Shown one piece after another: positions 14,150 to 27,925 of a stretch of 64,000 bases of DNA. Where the stretch lies: contig OX597816.1 of the NCBI GenBank assembly GCA_951406725.2, positions 19,840,001 through 19,904,000 of the forward strand, written 5' to 3'. Position 1 is the stretch's first letter, and every line of letters starts with the position of its first letter. The position numbers were made by a program, and so were the translations under genes. The notes under the pieces are model-generated. The model saw only the letters and a program-made list of their open reading frames with translations. It searched no databases and was not told the origin of the DNA. The DNA is from Octopus vulgaris. Its lineage: Eukaryota.

Positions 14150-14620
14150 AATCACCACAGTCATCAATGAACGTCATCTGCATTGCCATCATCATCATCA
14201 TCATCATCATCATCGACATTAGCATTACCTACACCAGCATCAAGGCTGGTTCATTGGCACCAATATAATCATCATCCTTATGCTTATCTCCCTTCTCCTT
14301 TTCCTCCTTCTTCTCCTCCACTACATTATCATCATCAACATCATCTTCAACATCACGGTCAGCATCATAATTAACATAATTCTGATTATCATGGTAGATA
14401 ATTATCATTACCATTTTAATGCTACCCCCCACAGGTGCCAACGCCATCATCACCATCATTGTCGTTGTCGACAACATTTTTTCTACCTCCATTCCTACCC
14501 CATCCTGATCCTCTGCTCACTCTACTCCGCCTCTCTCTTCTAATTCTCCACAACCTCATCCTTCTCCTCCCTCTCATTATCCATATTTTCAACCGCATTC
14601 TAAGTAACTATAAGCTCAAC
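13960..14620. repeat. (CAT)n-rich low-complexity tract
   Basis: Seen directly. It produces the poly-D/M/I ORF artefacts. Confidence 0.9.
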
Positions 14621-14890
14621 ATCACTGTCCTTATTCGTTGTCGCGATAGTCACAATAATCGACTTATTTCTATTTGTACTATATTTATTTCCTAACTATA
14701 GTTTCATTGATCTTTCATTAACCAGCAGAATGATTTGTTTGCAAAAATTCAATCAATTCCATATTTTTAGAAGATTGGTTTTAATTTAAATATTTGATGG
14801 GATATATCAATGTATATAGACATATGTACATACATATTCTCATATACATATATATGTCTATACGTATATATGTCTATATAGATATATACG

Positions 14891-14921
<31 letters not shown>

Positions 14922-15212
14922 CGAGAGAGAAAGATATATATATATATACATATATACACACGCATATATTCGTACGCGTATATGTATGAATACATACATA
15001 TACTTAATACGCATACATATATACATATATATACACATATATCTAACCGTTTAGATTTATATATTTTAGATATTAACATTCACAAATGTATATATATTAT
15101 ATATATAAATATTATGTGTATATGTGCATATGAATATATATATATATATACATATGTATATAAACACATATATATGTATATAAATATATATTTATGTATA
15201 TATGTATGTGTA

Positions 15213-15266
<54 letters not shown>

Positions 15267-15338
15267 AATCAAGGAACGGCCATAGGCCGCTGGTGGCAAA
15301 AGAATTCTACAAAATTTTTTTTGCCACCCTATATTGAT

Positions 15339-15384
<46 letters not shown>

Positions 15385-16329
15385 ACGCAGAAACAAATTC
15401 GTTAATATGCATGCACAATGCATAGAAATTATACACACATGCACAGACAAACACACACACACATATACAGTTTTAGAAGTACACATTTAAATATGTGTAT
15501 ATTACCTCACCAACATGTACAATCCGGCCGATCGTAACACACACACACACGCACACACACACATATATATATATATATACCTAACGTACACAACTCCATC
15601 TATTCACAAAAATATTCGCATATACCGACGTCCTTCATACATATATTCATACACTATTGTATTATTAAATTCCTTTCTCTGAAATCCGCGTTAATAAAAT
15701 TTACTTCTAAAAATTTCCATTTGTATTCAAATGTAAAATATTTTTTTCTTCATTTTTCATGTCCTCAAGCAACATTTATATTGAATACTTGATTTTTCAT
15801 ATTTCTAGCGTTTGCATTCGTACTTTCTCTCCTTCTTTCTCTCAGTCTCCCTCGCTCTTTCTGGCATCTGTGTTTTCTTTTATATATGTGTCGTTAAATT
15901 TCATTTGTGGTTGGCGTGATGGCGATTTTCTCACTTTCTTGTTCTCTTTCATACATCTTCGTTATCTCTTTCCTCTATCTCTCATTTCTTACACTGAGGA
16001 TTTTCCTGATTATTTCACGCGTTTTACCCTTTTTTTGTTTTTTGACTTTAATATTACTTTTAAATTCATTTTTACGTAAATCTTGACATCATCATCTCCA
16101 AAATCTTGTATTGCAGTTGCTCAAATGGGGAATACAGGTCTCTGTCCTTCTCGAACTCTGAAGTTCTTAATATCACTAAATCGCTTTCTTTGCTATCATA
16201 ATAAATACACCAGAACCGAAACCGCCACCACCACCACCAATACTGCCGCTGCCGGCGGCGCCGCTACCGGCGGCGCCGCTACCGGCGGCGCCGCTACTGC
16301 TGCTACTACTACTACTAATGATGATGATG

Positions 16330-16379
<50 letters not shown>

Positions 16380-16390
16380 CAATAAATAAT

Positions 16391-16948
16391 AAATGCCCTC
16401 ATGCAGTACCAGGCAGTGGCTCTCATGGCTTCTGATCTTAACTGATTGGAAGTGTTATCATGTACGTTGTTTTGTCTTGGTATAAAAGATGGGCTACAGC
16501 AAATATTCTGCTCAATACCACATATTTGCTTGTCAGTTGTTTGGCCATAACCAGTTGAGCATGTCCCTTAGTGGCTGACAATATGTGCATCTCTGATCAG
16601 GAGCAGAAGTAGTGGGGGAGCATCATGGCCATGTGTTGAGAGGGATTCTTTGGGGTTTGAATAATTCACCTCTGGAAACATAGGTGTTTCGTTCAACATC
16701 CTAGAGCAACTCTTATTCAGGGACCTTTTGAGCAGGATGGGCTACTCAACCTGAAGAAAATTCTAACTGGGCTCCACCTGCAAAGTCATGTGCTGTTTAT
16801 CTTGATATGAGATCACCATGTCGCGCACATATGGTTGTGATGCATGTGCCTGGTGTACCTTTATCAGACGGGTAGTCATGATGGGTATATTGGGCTTCGT
16901 TTATTTTACCCCAGTGTCACTTTGATGGCATGAACTGCTCTCTCACTC

Positions 16949-16950
<2 letters not shown>
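16391..16950. mobile_element. Interspersed repeat of about 560 bp inserted in (AAT)n
   Basis: Highly similar to 19871-20447 and to an internally deleted copy at about 18620-18845. It begins AATGCCCT and ends CTCTCTCACTCAATAAT, with (AAT)n on both sides. Confidence 0.85.
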
Positions 16951-16992
<42 letters not shown>

Positions 16993-17114
16993 GAAGAAGA
17001 AGAAGAAGAAGAAGAAGAAGAAGAAGAAGAAGAAGAAGAAGAAGAAGAAGAAGAAGAAGAAGAAGAAGGAGGAGCAGGAGGAGCAGGAGGACAAGGAGGT
17101 GGAGGAGTAGAAGA

Positions 17115-18560
17115 ATATAGATTCCTTAACTAAATCAGTCCAAAAATATGATAGAGACATCGGTATGGAATTTGGGATTACCAAATGCTCAGTACTTAAT
17201 ATGAAAAGAGGGAAGAAAGCAGCCTGCAGAGGATTGTGGTTAATATCAAGAGACACCATGAGTGAACCCGACGATAGTAGGTATAGATATTTAGGGATTA
17301 TAGAACTGGATGACATTCTACAAAGAGAAATAAAAGTTAAGGCCAGCGAAGTGTATCATAAAATGGTGAAGATGGCGTTGAAATCCAACCTGAATACCGA
17401 ACATTTGATTACCGCAATGAATATCTGGGCAGATATAATGGGTTCATCCTGAAATGGACTAAGGCGGAAATATCAACACTGGATAGAAAGACGAGAAAGT
17501 TGATGACGCTGCATGGAGCACTACACCCTAAAGCAAGCATAAACAGATTGTATATGAAAAGAAAGAATGGTGGCAGAAGACTAATTACTATAGACTTTTG
17601 TATTAGGAGGGAAAGGAGAACGCTTGCCGAGTATTTGATAAATAGTGATGAAGACCTGCTGCAATATGCTGCGAAATATATGGGTGTAAATGCAGATGAA
17701 AAGATGAGCAAGGTGGAGTGTAACCAAAGATTTGAGAAGAGAAAAGAAGACCTTTTTTCAAATGAGAATGCATGAACAGTTTGGAAGGAATGCACAAGAC
17801 GATAGTGATAATACTGCATCGTGAGCATGACTTAAATGAGGTAATTTGAAGTGTACCACTGAAAGCCTGATCATTGCTGCACAAGACCAAGCTATTGCTA
17901 TCAATTCAGTGAAGTATAGCATTTATGAAACTTTTGACACCCAGGGATGCAGACTCTGGGGAAAGAGTTGGAAAATGCGACCCACTGGGAAATGGATGTG
18001 AGAGCCTTGCACAAAAAGAATACAAACGCCGCCCGAATAAAGAGTTATGTAACGTCATTGCCTCTCATGATGTAAATAGAAATAACGGAGAACTGGTATG
18101 AACACGTACCAAGTGAAAATTATGCAGAAGGATGGAAAAGTAACAATAATCTGGGACTAGGATTTTCAGACGTATAATCGAATACCGTCAGCCGGATATT
18201 GTCATATTGAATAAGAGGGATGAATATTGCCAGATCATTGATGTAGCCATACCAAATGACATGAATATTGCGAGTAAAGAGGTTGAAAAAATCCCCAAGT
18301 GCTCCGAATTGAAAGTGGAAATGGCAAGACTGTATGGAATGCAAGATGGTGATGTAAAAGTGATACCAATAGTGATCGGAGCGTTGGTCTCAATCCAATT
18401 GAAAATTCAAGACTTGTTAAGGCAACTGAAAATCCTATGCAAGAGTGATGTCATGTAAAAAGCAGCCTTATTGGGCACAGCGCACGTCTTAAGGACAGCA
18501 TTATCTGCCTGTGGTCCTTGTTGTGACTTCACAGATAACTAAACACACCGGTGCATTTTT
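17115..18560 (+). mobile_element. Decayed R4/Dong-clade non-LTR retrotransposon (RT C-terminus plus restriction-like endonuclease)
   Basis: MEFGITKC..KRGK, YRYLGI, LHGALHPKASINRLYMKRKNGGRRL, TESLIIAAQDQA, PDIVIL..IIDVAIP..KEVEKI, VIPIVIGAL and KAALLGTAHVLR, broken by stops and frameshifts. Confidence 0.88.
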
Positions 18561-18619
18561 ACCAACACCGTGTTGCGAAGGAATAACAACAACAAAAAAC
18601 AACAATAATATTAATATAA

Positions 18620-18845
18620 GGGCTACAGAAAATATTTTCCTTGATACCACAGATTTGTTTGTTAGTGGGCCCCACCTGTGAGGTCATGCGCTGTTTATAT
18701 TGAAATGAGCTCAGTGTCACGCACATATAGTTGTGATGCATGTGCTTAGTGTACCCTTAACAGGCGGTAGTCATGATATATATATTTTACTTCATATATT
18801 TTACCCCAGTGTCACTTTGATGACATGCACTGCTCTCTCAGTCAA
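18620..18845. mobile_element. Internally deleted copy of the 560-bp repeat
   Basis: GGGCTACAG..CCACAGATTTG joined to CCCCACCTG..TTTTACCCCAGTGTCACTTTGATG..CTCTCTCA. Confidence 0.75.
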
Positions 18846-18984
18846 TAATATTTGCGACAACAACAACAACGATAATAATATCGTTGTGATTTATTATTAT
18901 TGTTGATTTTATCTGTGTCATAATTATCGTCTTGTATTGCCACAATTATTGCAATGCACACCATATGTTTCACAACACGCAATC

Positions 18985-19400
18985 AATATCCTCCTCCTCC
19001 TTCTCCTAATCATCATCATTGTCATCGTCGTTATCGTCATCATGTTTACAGTCATCATCTTCATCACCATAGTAATCATGGGAATATACGCTTACCTTTG
19101 CCTTCTCCTCCGCCTCCTCCTCCTCCTCCCCATCATCATGATCATCTATATTAAATAATCATCATCATCAACGTCCTCATTACTTTCTTCATCATCACAA
19201 ACATCATCATCCTTATGAACACCATCATCGTCATCATCATCACCAACCTCGTCATCATCAGTAACATCGTCATCATCATCATTATCATTGTCATCGTCGT
19301 TATCATCATCATCAACATCATCACCGTCATCAGCAGCAGCACTCGTCAAAATTAGCGTCATCGTCACCATCATCGTCATCATATTTATCATCACTGTCGT
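18985..19400. repeat. (CAT)n/(CCT)n low-complexity tract
   Basis: Seen directly. Confidence 0.9.
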
Positions 19401-19829
19401 TCCTATAGCATTTTGGCTGTGATCAATAGAGTATGTTGTGTAAAACAATTATTGGCGTTGAACGTATTGATTATTCGGATCAGATCTAATATTTGCTTAC
19501 GAGTGTCAATATTTGACATTAAAAATCTATGTGTTAAACTGAAGTCAAAAATTACCAACCATTTGGTGAAATATAATCCGGTCTCCGTAAAAAAATTATC
19601 GACATTTGTATTTAGTCATTCTGTTGTTGCTTTTGGATGTGAGGCAGCTATTTATTTTGCAAACGTAGAGGCATGACAAGGGCGATAATCATGCGCGCAA
19701 CATGTGCAAGAATGATCTATAAACCGACATAATAATGATGACGATGATGATGATGATGATGCTGGTGATGGTGATGATGGTGATGGTGATGATGATGATA
19801 ATGATAATAATAATAATAATGATAATAAC

Positions 19830-19870
<41 letters not shown>

Positions 19871-19872
<2 letters not shown>

Positions 19873-20447
19873 GCCCTGATACAGTACCAGACAGTGGCTA
19901 TGCCCTGATGCAGTATCAGACAGTGGCTTCTGATCTTAACTGATTGGAAGTGTTATCATGTACGTTGTTTTGTATTGGTATAAATGATGGGCTGCAGCAA
20001 ATATTCTGCTCAGTATCACAGATTTGCTTGTCAGTCGTTTGACCTTAACCAGATGAGCATGTCCCTTAGTGGCTGACGATATGTGCATCTCTGATCACGA
20101 GCAGAAGTAGTGGGGGAGCATCATAGCCATGTGTTGAGAGGGATTCTTTGGGGTTTGAATAATTCACCTATGGAAACATGGGTGTTTCGTTCAACATCCT
20201 TAAACAACCCTTATTCACGGACCTTTTCAGTGGGATAGGCTACTCGACCTGAAGAAAATCCTAACTGAGCCCCACCTGCAAGGTCACGTGCTATTTATCT
20301 TGATTTGAGATCACCATGTCGCACACATATGGTCGTGTGCATGTACCTAGTGTACCCTTATCAGATGGGTAGTCATGATGGGTATACTGGGCTTCGTATA
20401 TTTTACCCCAGTGTCAATTTGATGGCATGCACTGCTCTCTCACTCAA
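19871..20447. mobile_element. Copy of the 560-bp repeat with a roughly 29-bp duplication at its start
   Basis: Aligns by eye to 16391-16950 and is preceded by (AAT)n. Confidence 0.85.
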
Positions 20448-20449
20448 TA

Positions 20450-20635
20450 ATATGTGTCAATTAAGGGAGTCGAACATAAAGGTTGTCCCTGTTGACATTG
20501 GAACATTGGGTTCAATGCCACCCTAGCTGAAGTACTATCTGCAAACTTTAGAAATACCCTACGATCTAGGTGAATTGCAAAAACATCAGCATCACTTTGA
20601 ACTGCACGCATATTGCGTAAATATTGTCTGTGATT
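20450..20635 (+). mobile_element. 3' end of an R4/Dong-type ORF
   Basis: KVVPVDIGTLGSMP..LQK..TARILRK resembles the RLE C-terminus. Confidence 0.65.
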
Positions 20636-21520
20636 TAACATATTGTACAATCCATGTTACGTAAAATTCCTTCAATTAACAACATCGCGACATTGGATAC
20701 TGAGGAAATAAGAACTCATCCAAGATTGCCTTTCCACACCTACATCACGTGAAGTTAAAAAAATTACATCTCTTTGTAGCAACATTTTCCTTATATATGC
20801 ATACACACACACACGTATATACATACCTACACACATACAAACACACGCACACGCACATTCACCCACACAAAAACACATACACGCAAAAACATACACACAC
20901 ACACAACACACACATGCATACGTATGAATTTTATATATGTATACATGCGTGTGAATATATATAAGCACACACATACTCGCACAAACATACACACACATAA
21001 ATGCACACATACGCACACATAATCATATGCACACGTATTAAATATATATAGGTATATAAACGTGTGAATATGTATATAAGTATATATTATACCCACACAC
21101 ACATACACATACACACGCACATAAAATATATGTATATATATATTTATGTATATTTACATGCGAATATATATAGGTGTATATTATACGCACACACACATAC
21201 ACACGCACTCTCTCTCTCTCTCTCTCTCACTCACACAGATATAAGTATAGAATTAACCGCGTTAACGTTTTCATTAGCTCTTCTAATTTACATATATCCT
21301 GTAGGTCAATCACAAACATTTCCTGATTTAATACAAAACAAAATTCAAATGGTTGCACTCAGTTGAAACTAGTGACATTATGTTAACAGTGTGACGTTGA
21401 CTACTTCTAACAGAATTTTAATAAACTGCTTATCATTTTATCAACATCGATTTCACTATATTAGCTATACAGTAAGAATGGCTGAGTGTAAATTAGTTAA
21501 GATCGTAAGTACCGTATAAA

Positions 21521-22090
21521 TATTGGGTTGTCCGGAAAGTTCGTGCCGATTTTTAAAGGAAAGAAAATGTTCAATAAATACTTGCCATTACATTTTTAAT
21601 CAACCAAATATGAAACATTTTGTTTCACAATGCGTCTCCATCTGTCCTTTAACTTGAAAATACCCTCTTCCCAGAATTGAGGTGGTTTCATGGCAAAGAA
21701 TTTATCAAGGTATCTTTTTACGTCATCCGAGGAAGGGAAATCTTTACCAATAAGACTATTCTACAGAGACCTGAATAAGTGGAAATTTGAAGGAGCAATA
21801 TCTGGTGAACATGGAGGGTGGGGTAACACAACCCAGCCGAGCTGCTGCAATTTTTGTCTCGTTCCCAAAGCATCTATTGACGAAAATGAACTTTCTTATC
21901 TTCCATTTTAAAGGTTTACAAAATTAACACAGGTTATATGAATATAAACCTTCTTCCAGGAAAAGATAGCTTAAACTGTGCTCTAAATGGAAGTGTAGTC
22001 AAATCCTATTTTCTGGACTCAAACATGTTCTAAAATAAGTCGAAATATAAGCTACTATAAATCGGCACGAACTTTCCAGACAACCCAATA
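21521..22090 (-). mobile_element. Internally deleted mariner transposon (570 bp)
   Basis: TIRs TATTGGGTTGTCCGGAAAGTTCGTGCCGATTT and AAATCGGCACGAACTTTCCAGACAACCCAATA. The minus strand fuses MEDKKVHFRQ to LGWVVLPHPPCSPDIAPSNFHLFRSL..FWEEGIFKLKDRW (YSPDL-type motif). Confidence 0.93.
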
Positions 22091-23132
22091 CATAGCTTTG
22101 GGCAGGCTTCGTCTCCCAAAGCCTCTCGCCAAAAACATTGTGAATAAAAATTGTTTGCTCAAAATTGTGTGGAAGTAATTCAGAAAGCTGTTGACTCTAA
22201 GTATAAATTTAGATTGTAGTCTGGTTTCACACATTGAGAAAGGCAGTGTGTGCATCAAAGACATTACCTACGCTGTAAACGAACGGTGGGGCGAAGACTT
22301 ACGCTCTTCTTTACGGCAGTTGTGAAGGCTTTAATAAAGGGTAATAATATATACTATACAAATTATTTCGTCTACTTATTCCTTTTTTTATACTTTTATA
22401 TTAAATCCCAATGGTTGTGGCCATGCTTGATCACCGTTATCATATCAATATCAGATTTGATATTTGCGAGGGAACGATTCTTTTAGTGCGTTATAATACG
22501 AACTGTAGGAAAATAATTACAAAGAAAACTCGACAATGGAAAATGTAGTCTGTTGGGGCACCGAATTTATTTGTATTTTCTCACAAATTAAAATGTTGTT
22601 AGGAAATATACGTTTTCCGTTGTTATCGTTTCAGTTTTAATTTTGCATCATGGAAGAGCGAGTTTCTCAATATAATTATCGCTAGAGCAATGAACAATGA
22701 GCAAAATATGCAACCAGTGATAATTTTGTGAGGGAAGATCGTTTCAAGAATGAGAAAATATAAACACGTTTATTTATATATCAGTCTTTTTCTCTGTAAC
22801 TGCATTAAGTTGGGGAATAAAGCAATTCTCTTTATACATACATACATGACTCAGTTTTCCGTCGGAGACGATGCATGATTGTACAGCTTTTTGTAGTATG
22901 ACATCTAGAGATGATTTGCTTACAGTAATTAAATGTTAGTGGTGTATATTATCTCATACCCTTCTTAAAACCAAGGTTGCCGGAAAAGTGCACAGTGTAC
23001 CACGAGTCAGGCGCCGAAGTGATAGCATAGCAACTTGAGATGAAGTGTATTGCTGAATAACACAACCACCACCCGATCTAGGAACTGACGCCATGACCTC
23101 GCGCTCCCTACTCACTTGTTCATAGGCCCACA

Positions 23133-23179
<47 letters not shown>

Positions 23180-23184
<5 letters not shown>

Positions 23185-23375
23185 AGAGTTTACGAAAAAA
23201 ACAAAAGACGAAGACAGGTGGTTTACAAAACAAACAGATATATTGGTATAACGCTGAGGAATAGAAAAAGTCTTTTACGTTTCGAGCCTACGCTCCTCTA
23301 CAGAAAGGGGCACAGAAAAAACAAGGAGATAAAAAAAGGAGAGAAAAAAATGTGTGTAGTGGCTAACGATCTATA
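23180..23375 (-). mobile_element. Solo Neptune-type PLE terminal repeat
   Basis: Homologous to 51220-51427, contains a hammerhead at 23272-23307, and its 3' end abuts (TA)n. Confidence 0.75.
23272..23307 (-). ncRNA. Minimal type I hammerhead ribozyme, A6U core variant
   Basis: CUUU-CUGUAGA-G-GAGC-GUAG-GCUC-GAAA-CG-UA-AAAG. Stem I is CUUU/AAAG and stem II is GAGC/GCUC. Confidence 0.7.
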
Positions 23376-23582
23376 TCCTCTCAACACATTTATTGGGTGC
23401 TTCATGTATGGATCTAAACAGTTTGACACACATATTCTTATATTGTTATATTTCGGGATGGTCTTTGCTTGCCAAAATTTCTAGCAACCCTTGAATCTAT
23501 TTCCTTTCTATGATCATACTGCTCCTGATTAAAATCTCTGATAGTGCAAGTGTGTACAATGCAAGAAACAAAATGACCATCC

Positions 23583-23613
<31 letters not shown>

Positions 23614-25529
23614 CATTTATAATTCACCGTCGCATTGCAAGGAATTGGAGTCAAGGAGCCCTCAGACTCCTATTGTTACTGCACCCTTGGTCACATTTAG
23701 TGACGGTGAATTATTTCCTTTTACATTTTCAATTACTTCCAGCCACCTTCATTATTTATATGTATATGCATATAAAAATTCAAAACGGTCGTTAACATTA
23801 ATATCACATATTTAGTGTCAAAATGTGGTCCGAAATAAAACTTTATATACTTTTATTATATTTCTCTAAAATATTTCATGTTAATATTCATTCTGCTGTA
23901 TTATTCAAAATCAAGCTTATTGCTTATAAAAATTCAAAATATATATATAGGTACATTTAGTATTTTATCGAACCGATAAGTATATTTGCTATATTTTTGG
24001 AAGGCTAGTAGAATTACCATATAGGATTTCTAGTCAACTATTGATTCTCGAATCAGCACATTTATCAAACACGGCTATGCAATACATTGTACGAACACAG
24101 CAGCTGAAACTGCGATTGGAAATCTCGAGTGAAGTCGTTTATTTCAATTCCAAATTGAAATCATCAAAGGTTACCAAAAGCAAAGTAACAAACAGTTTCC
24201 AGCAGTAATCTCGCCATATAATTTTAAATTCTTCTCAACTAATATTCAATAGATGCGACTATAGCACTCCGCTCAGCTTATGTCTAACTGTGATGTATCA
24301 TAAGTTTACATAACTCAATGGAATCGCAGTCGGTAACAGTGAAACAAACAGCTTCCTGAATAAATTAATCAAATATATTTCAATAGTGTTAGACGGCATG
24401 AGATCTATAAATCAATACTCAGTATATTTCAATCTGGTTAAACGTTACGGATTAAACGTTCTCAATAAAATATTTGTTATGAAAGCGAAATATACAGCAA
24501 TACGTATTTCTTCATTTCGTTCTGGCTTACTAGTCTCATATGAATTGTATTTTAGAATTAAGAATTGTTCACCAAAACAACCTTGGAACCTAACAATCTG
24601 TAACTGTAATTCAAAAGACCAGCCTTGTCGTGCTGTTTGTCACGTCGGTTCTGCCTGAGGATGAATTAAAACTAAGAGATTCTGGAAATTATTACATGAT
24701 GTCAGACTGTTATTTGACGATGAAAACGTTACTCTTCTAAGCAGGTCTGATGAAGATGTAGAAAACGTAAACATCTTTTCGGTGTAAAACTATAAGTACT
24801 TTGGTAGTAAAACACTACTTTAAGCGTGATTCAAACAACTATGATATTAGATAAATCATTTGTAATCTATTTGATAAATCTATAAAGTGTACTTCAGTCA
24901 CTTGACATCGAAATATGCCTGACTGGAGACGACATTTGATGTTTGTACATCGCTCTATGTTAAACACGACTAGCATGAAGCTTCATGCAAACAAGATACA
25001 GAGGAAGCGATTGATACGTGGCAAAGCTACTTCATTGAGACAAAACATACTGTATGAACCAGAAGCAAGAGGAGAAAGTCCAAGTGACGGAAAGAAAGAG
25101 GAAAACATTTGTTGCTATACATACGTACATCCCCGCCACACATACACACACGCACATGTTTGGACGTGCTTCTATTTATCTATTTATCAATGCATGTGTG
25201 TATACCAATGCCTATGTTAGAATTCATGTAAAATTAAAAGACAAATAACTGTTGTAAGTTTCTAAAGGGATAACGTCGGACTGTTTCCGCACACTTATAG
25301 TAGTTTAACCTGGGGGTGAATATAAAAAGGAATATACTAGAGATCTCCTGTTGAACTACAGAGAACTGGTAAAACGGAAAAGGTATGTACAATGTGTCCA
25401 AGACTGTTGTATGTGCAATATAGTGAAAGAGGAAAATAAAAATGCCCGATTCATAGAGAGATGAAAGTAGAATTTAAGCTTGTTGTATGTGCGAAAGTGT
25501 GCCTACGTTCGTGTGTACATGTATATATT

Positions 25530-25760
25530 TCTTGACTACCCATAAGGGGCTAAACACAGAGGGGACAAACAAGGACAGACAAAGGGATGAAGTCGATTAC
25601 ATCGACCCCAGTGTGTACCTGGTACATAATTTATCGACACCAAAATGATGAAAGGCAAAATCGACCTCGGCGGAATTTGAACTCGGAACGTAATGGCAGA
25701 CGAAATACGGCTACGCATTTCGCCCGGCGTGCTAAAGTGTCTATCATTTCGCTGCCTTCG
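25530..25760 (-). mobile_element. SINE family A copy
   Basis: Family A core and tail A. Confidence 0.85.
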
Positions 25761-26098
25761 TGTGTACATGTATATGCTTATTGATAGCTATACGTTTGTG
25801 TCGTTAATTTCAGATGTATATTGAACATATACTTTCACTATACATACTTAAAGTAAGTGTGGTGTCTAATCAGAAGCATGATGCCACTGTTGAGTTGCTG
25901 AGCAAGGACATCCACAGTCCATTTACAGAGTTCACAACACTCAGGAGACGGACATTCACAGTTAAAGGAATATATTCAGAAGTCTGGTATTGAATAAAAA
26001 CAACGCAGTGGGTGACCACCAACCACTGCAACTGTTTCGAAACCATATCGAATGAATGATTCGTGCATAGAGAAAGTCACAATCAAGAATATGCTTTA

Positions 26099-26487
26099 TC
26101 ACTATATATATTAAGCCGAAGTTGTCTGTGTATGGCAGCGTTGGTAGCCTTCAACTAACACTATCTCCGAGACCCTGCGGCACAAGTTGACCAAAATTGA
26201 GAGTATGATAGAAGAAGGCTTGCTCTTCCTTCCGTAGAAGAAAAAGTTCAAATCGGACCATGTTAAGACCAAAAATTATTTATATCAACAAGGTGCTTTA
26301 TTTCTGTGAAAATCCCTATTTTTTATGATTTTTTGACTGCTGTGTCGCCAATTATCAGTGTATTTCAACCAGAAAAATGTTCACTTAAAGAGAATAACAA
26401 GCTACATAATGCAAAATTTTTACTTTTCAAAAATTCCAATTCTAAAGGGTCGAAACAAACCCGAGCAACGTCGGGCGATACTTCTAG
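26099..26487 (+). mobile_element. Non-autonomous Helitron (about 390 bp)
   Basis: It starts with TC after an A and ends with CTAG before a T. A GC-rich hairpin CCCGA-GCAACG-TCGGG (26460-26475) lies 8 nt before CTAG, and there is no TSD. Confidence 0.72.
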
Positions 26488-27421
26488 TATAGTTTTATTA
26501 AATTATCAGTATAACTATAATTACTATGCATTAGAGATGACGCAAGAACGTGGGTAAGGAAAATTACATTCATCGTTGATACATCAGCAGCTGACATATG
26601 ATTTGAAAAAGAAGTGTTGTCTGCTCTGGATTTTAGAAATATTTTAAAACAATGTAGACATAAGTTTCCGGTCTCATGACAATGGACTTAATGTGGAAAC
26701 ATCGTTTTTGTTTAACAAAGATTCATTTGGTAAAATAGCGTCACATCTCATTTTCTAGCTTTAACAATTTCAAGTGCTAGTGATCACCAAGTAATGTTTT
26801 GGTTACTGATTTGTGGGTTGACAACGGCGTCGAATTCCTAGATTTTCTGGAACGTGGCTATGCAGTAAGCAATAAGCTGTACATTGAGACGCTCTGAAAT
26901 CATAATGAAGACATTGGAATTAAATGACAAAGCAAGAATGAAAGAAACTATCGATATTCACAATAGAAATATGACCACACAGGTCTTTCTTAAGAAACCA
27001 GACAATCGGATAATCGGACTGCTCCGAGGAGTTCATTCACCGTGAAGTTAATATAGGGCACCTACAGATATCCAACTGTTTGGATCAAAGCAGGACAGTT
27101 TTCAGGGAAAGCGTTTGAAGGAAGAAAGAGTCGGGAACTGGCTGCAAAGAAATGGGTAAAACGCCCTCTAAATATTTTCAAAGAATATTCAAAAGTCGCT
27201 TACTACGATGGTGCAAATGTGTCATTTGGGATTTATTGCCTATGTGTAGAAGAGCCAGTTTGCCAGTACATTTAATTCGAGACATTCTATATTATTCAAT
27301 AACAGGCTCATTTTTTTGCAGCACCTTTCAGAAAATACTCATATTTAATATAATTTATACGTGTAATGCAAATGACGCTAATGTTTACGGGTAAAATCAC
27401 GCTGGACAAAATCTAATCTCG

Positions 27422-27925
27422 GTTCTATATTTAAGAGATGAGGAATTATGTACATTATTTACATCATTTACAATTGACGGGTATTTGTCCTCGTCTTGTT
27501 TGTGGTTAACACAATACACTCCAACATTCTTCAGGCATCTTGGAGAAATTTCGAACCTGGGTTCTCATTCCTAAGTTATTTTTCGGTTTTATATTATTAG
27601 AATTATTATTGCTGTTGTTCAAGTCACTGCTTGGAATCGAACTCGAAATCCTGGGGTTAGTAGCATATGGCGTAGTGTTTAACAGCGCGGGCTACTAACC
27701 CCAAGATTTCGAATTCGATTCCAGGCAGTGACCTGAACAATAACAATAATAATAATACTAATAATAATAACATCGAAAAATACGTTAGGAATGAGAACCC
27801 AAGTTTGAAATTTCTCCAAGACACCTGAAGAAGGCTGGAGGGTATATCAGCCGAAACATTGTGTTAACAACAAACTAGATGAGGACAAATATCCGTCAAA
27901 TTTAAATAATGTAAATAATGTAAAT
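27422..27925. mobile_element. Inverted pair of tRNA-headed, hammerhead-containing SINE-like units
   Basis: 27422-27664 is the reverse complement of about 27690-27925 plus extra tail. The + arm has a tRNA-like head (27663-27733, A box TGGCGTAGTG, B box ATTCGATTCC) and a hammerhead at 27820-27865. Confidence 0.8.
27820..27865 (+). ncRNA. Minimal type I hammerhead ribozyme (canonical CUGAAGA/GAAA core)
   Basis: GACAC-CUGAAGA-A-GGCUG-GAGGGUAUAU-CAGCC-GAAA-CA-UU-GUGUU. Stem I is GACAC/GUGUU and stem II is GGCUG/CAGCC. Stem III has a G>A change relative to the 29379 copy. Confidence 0.78.

Noticed and set aside
16245-16300. GC-rich 15-bp tandem (CCGGCGGCGCCGCTA)x3 giving Ala/Gly-rich ORFs
   Set aside because: It is part of a compound trinucleotide microsatellite with no splice or coding context.
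24745-24785. CTGATGA followed by the stem AGATGT/ACATCT
   Set aside because: No GAAA follows the stem and there is no stem I/III, so it is not a hammerhead.
26600-27400. Possible decayed hAT transposase (DGANV-like word)
   Set aside because: Only one or two short motifs were found, with no termini.
27663-27733. tRNA gene (also the heads at 52350, 60760 and 63745)
   Set aside because: The acceptor and T stems are imperfect and each is fused to a repeat body, so these are SINE heads.
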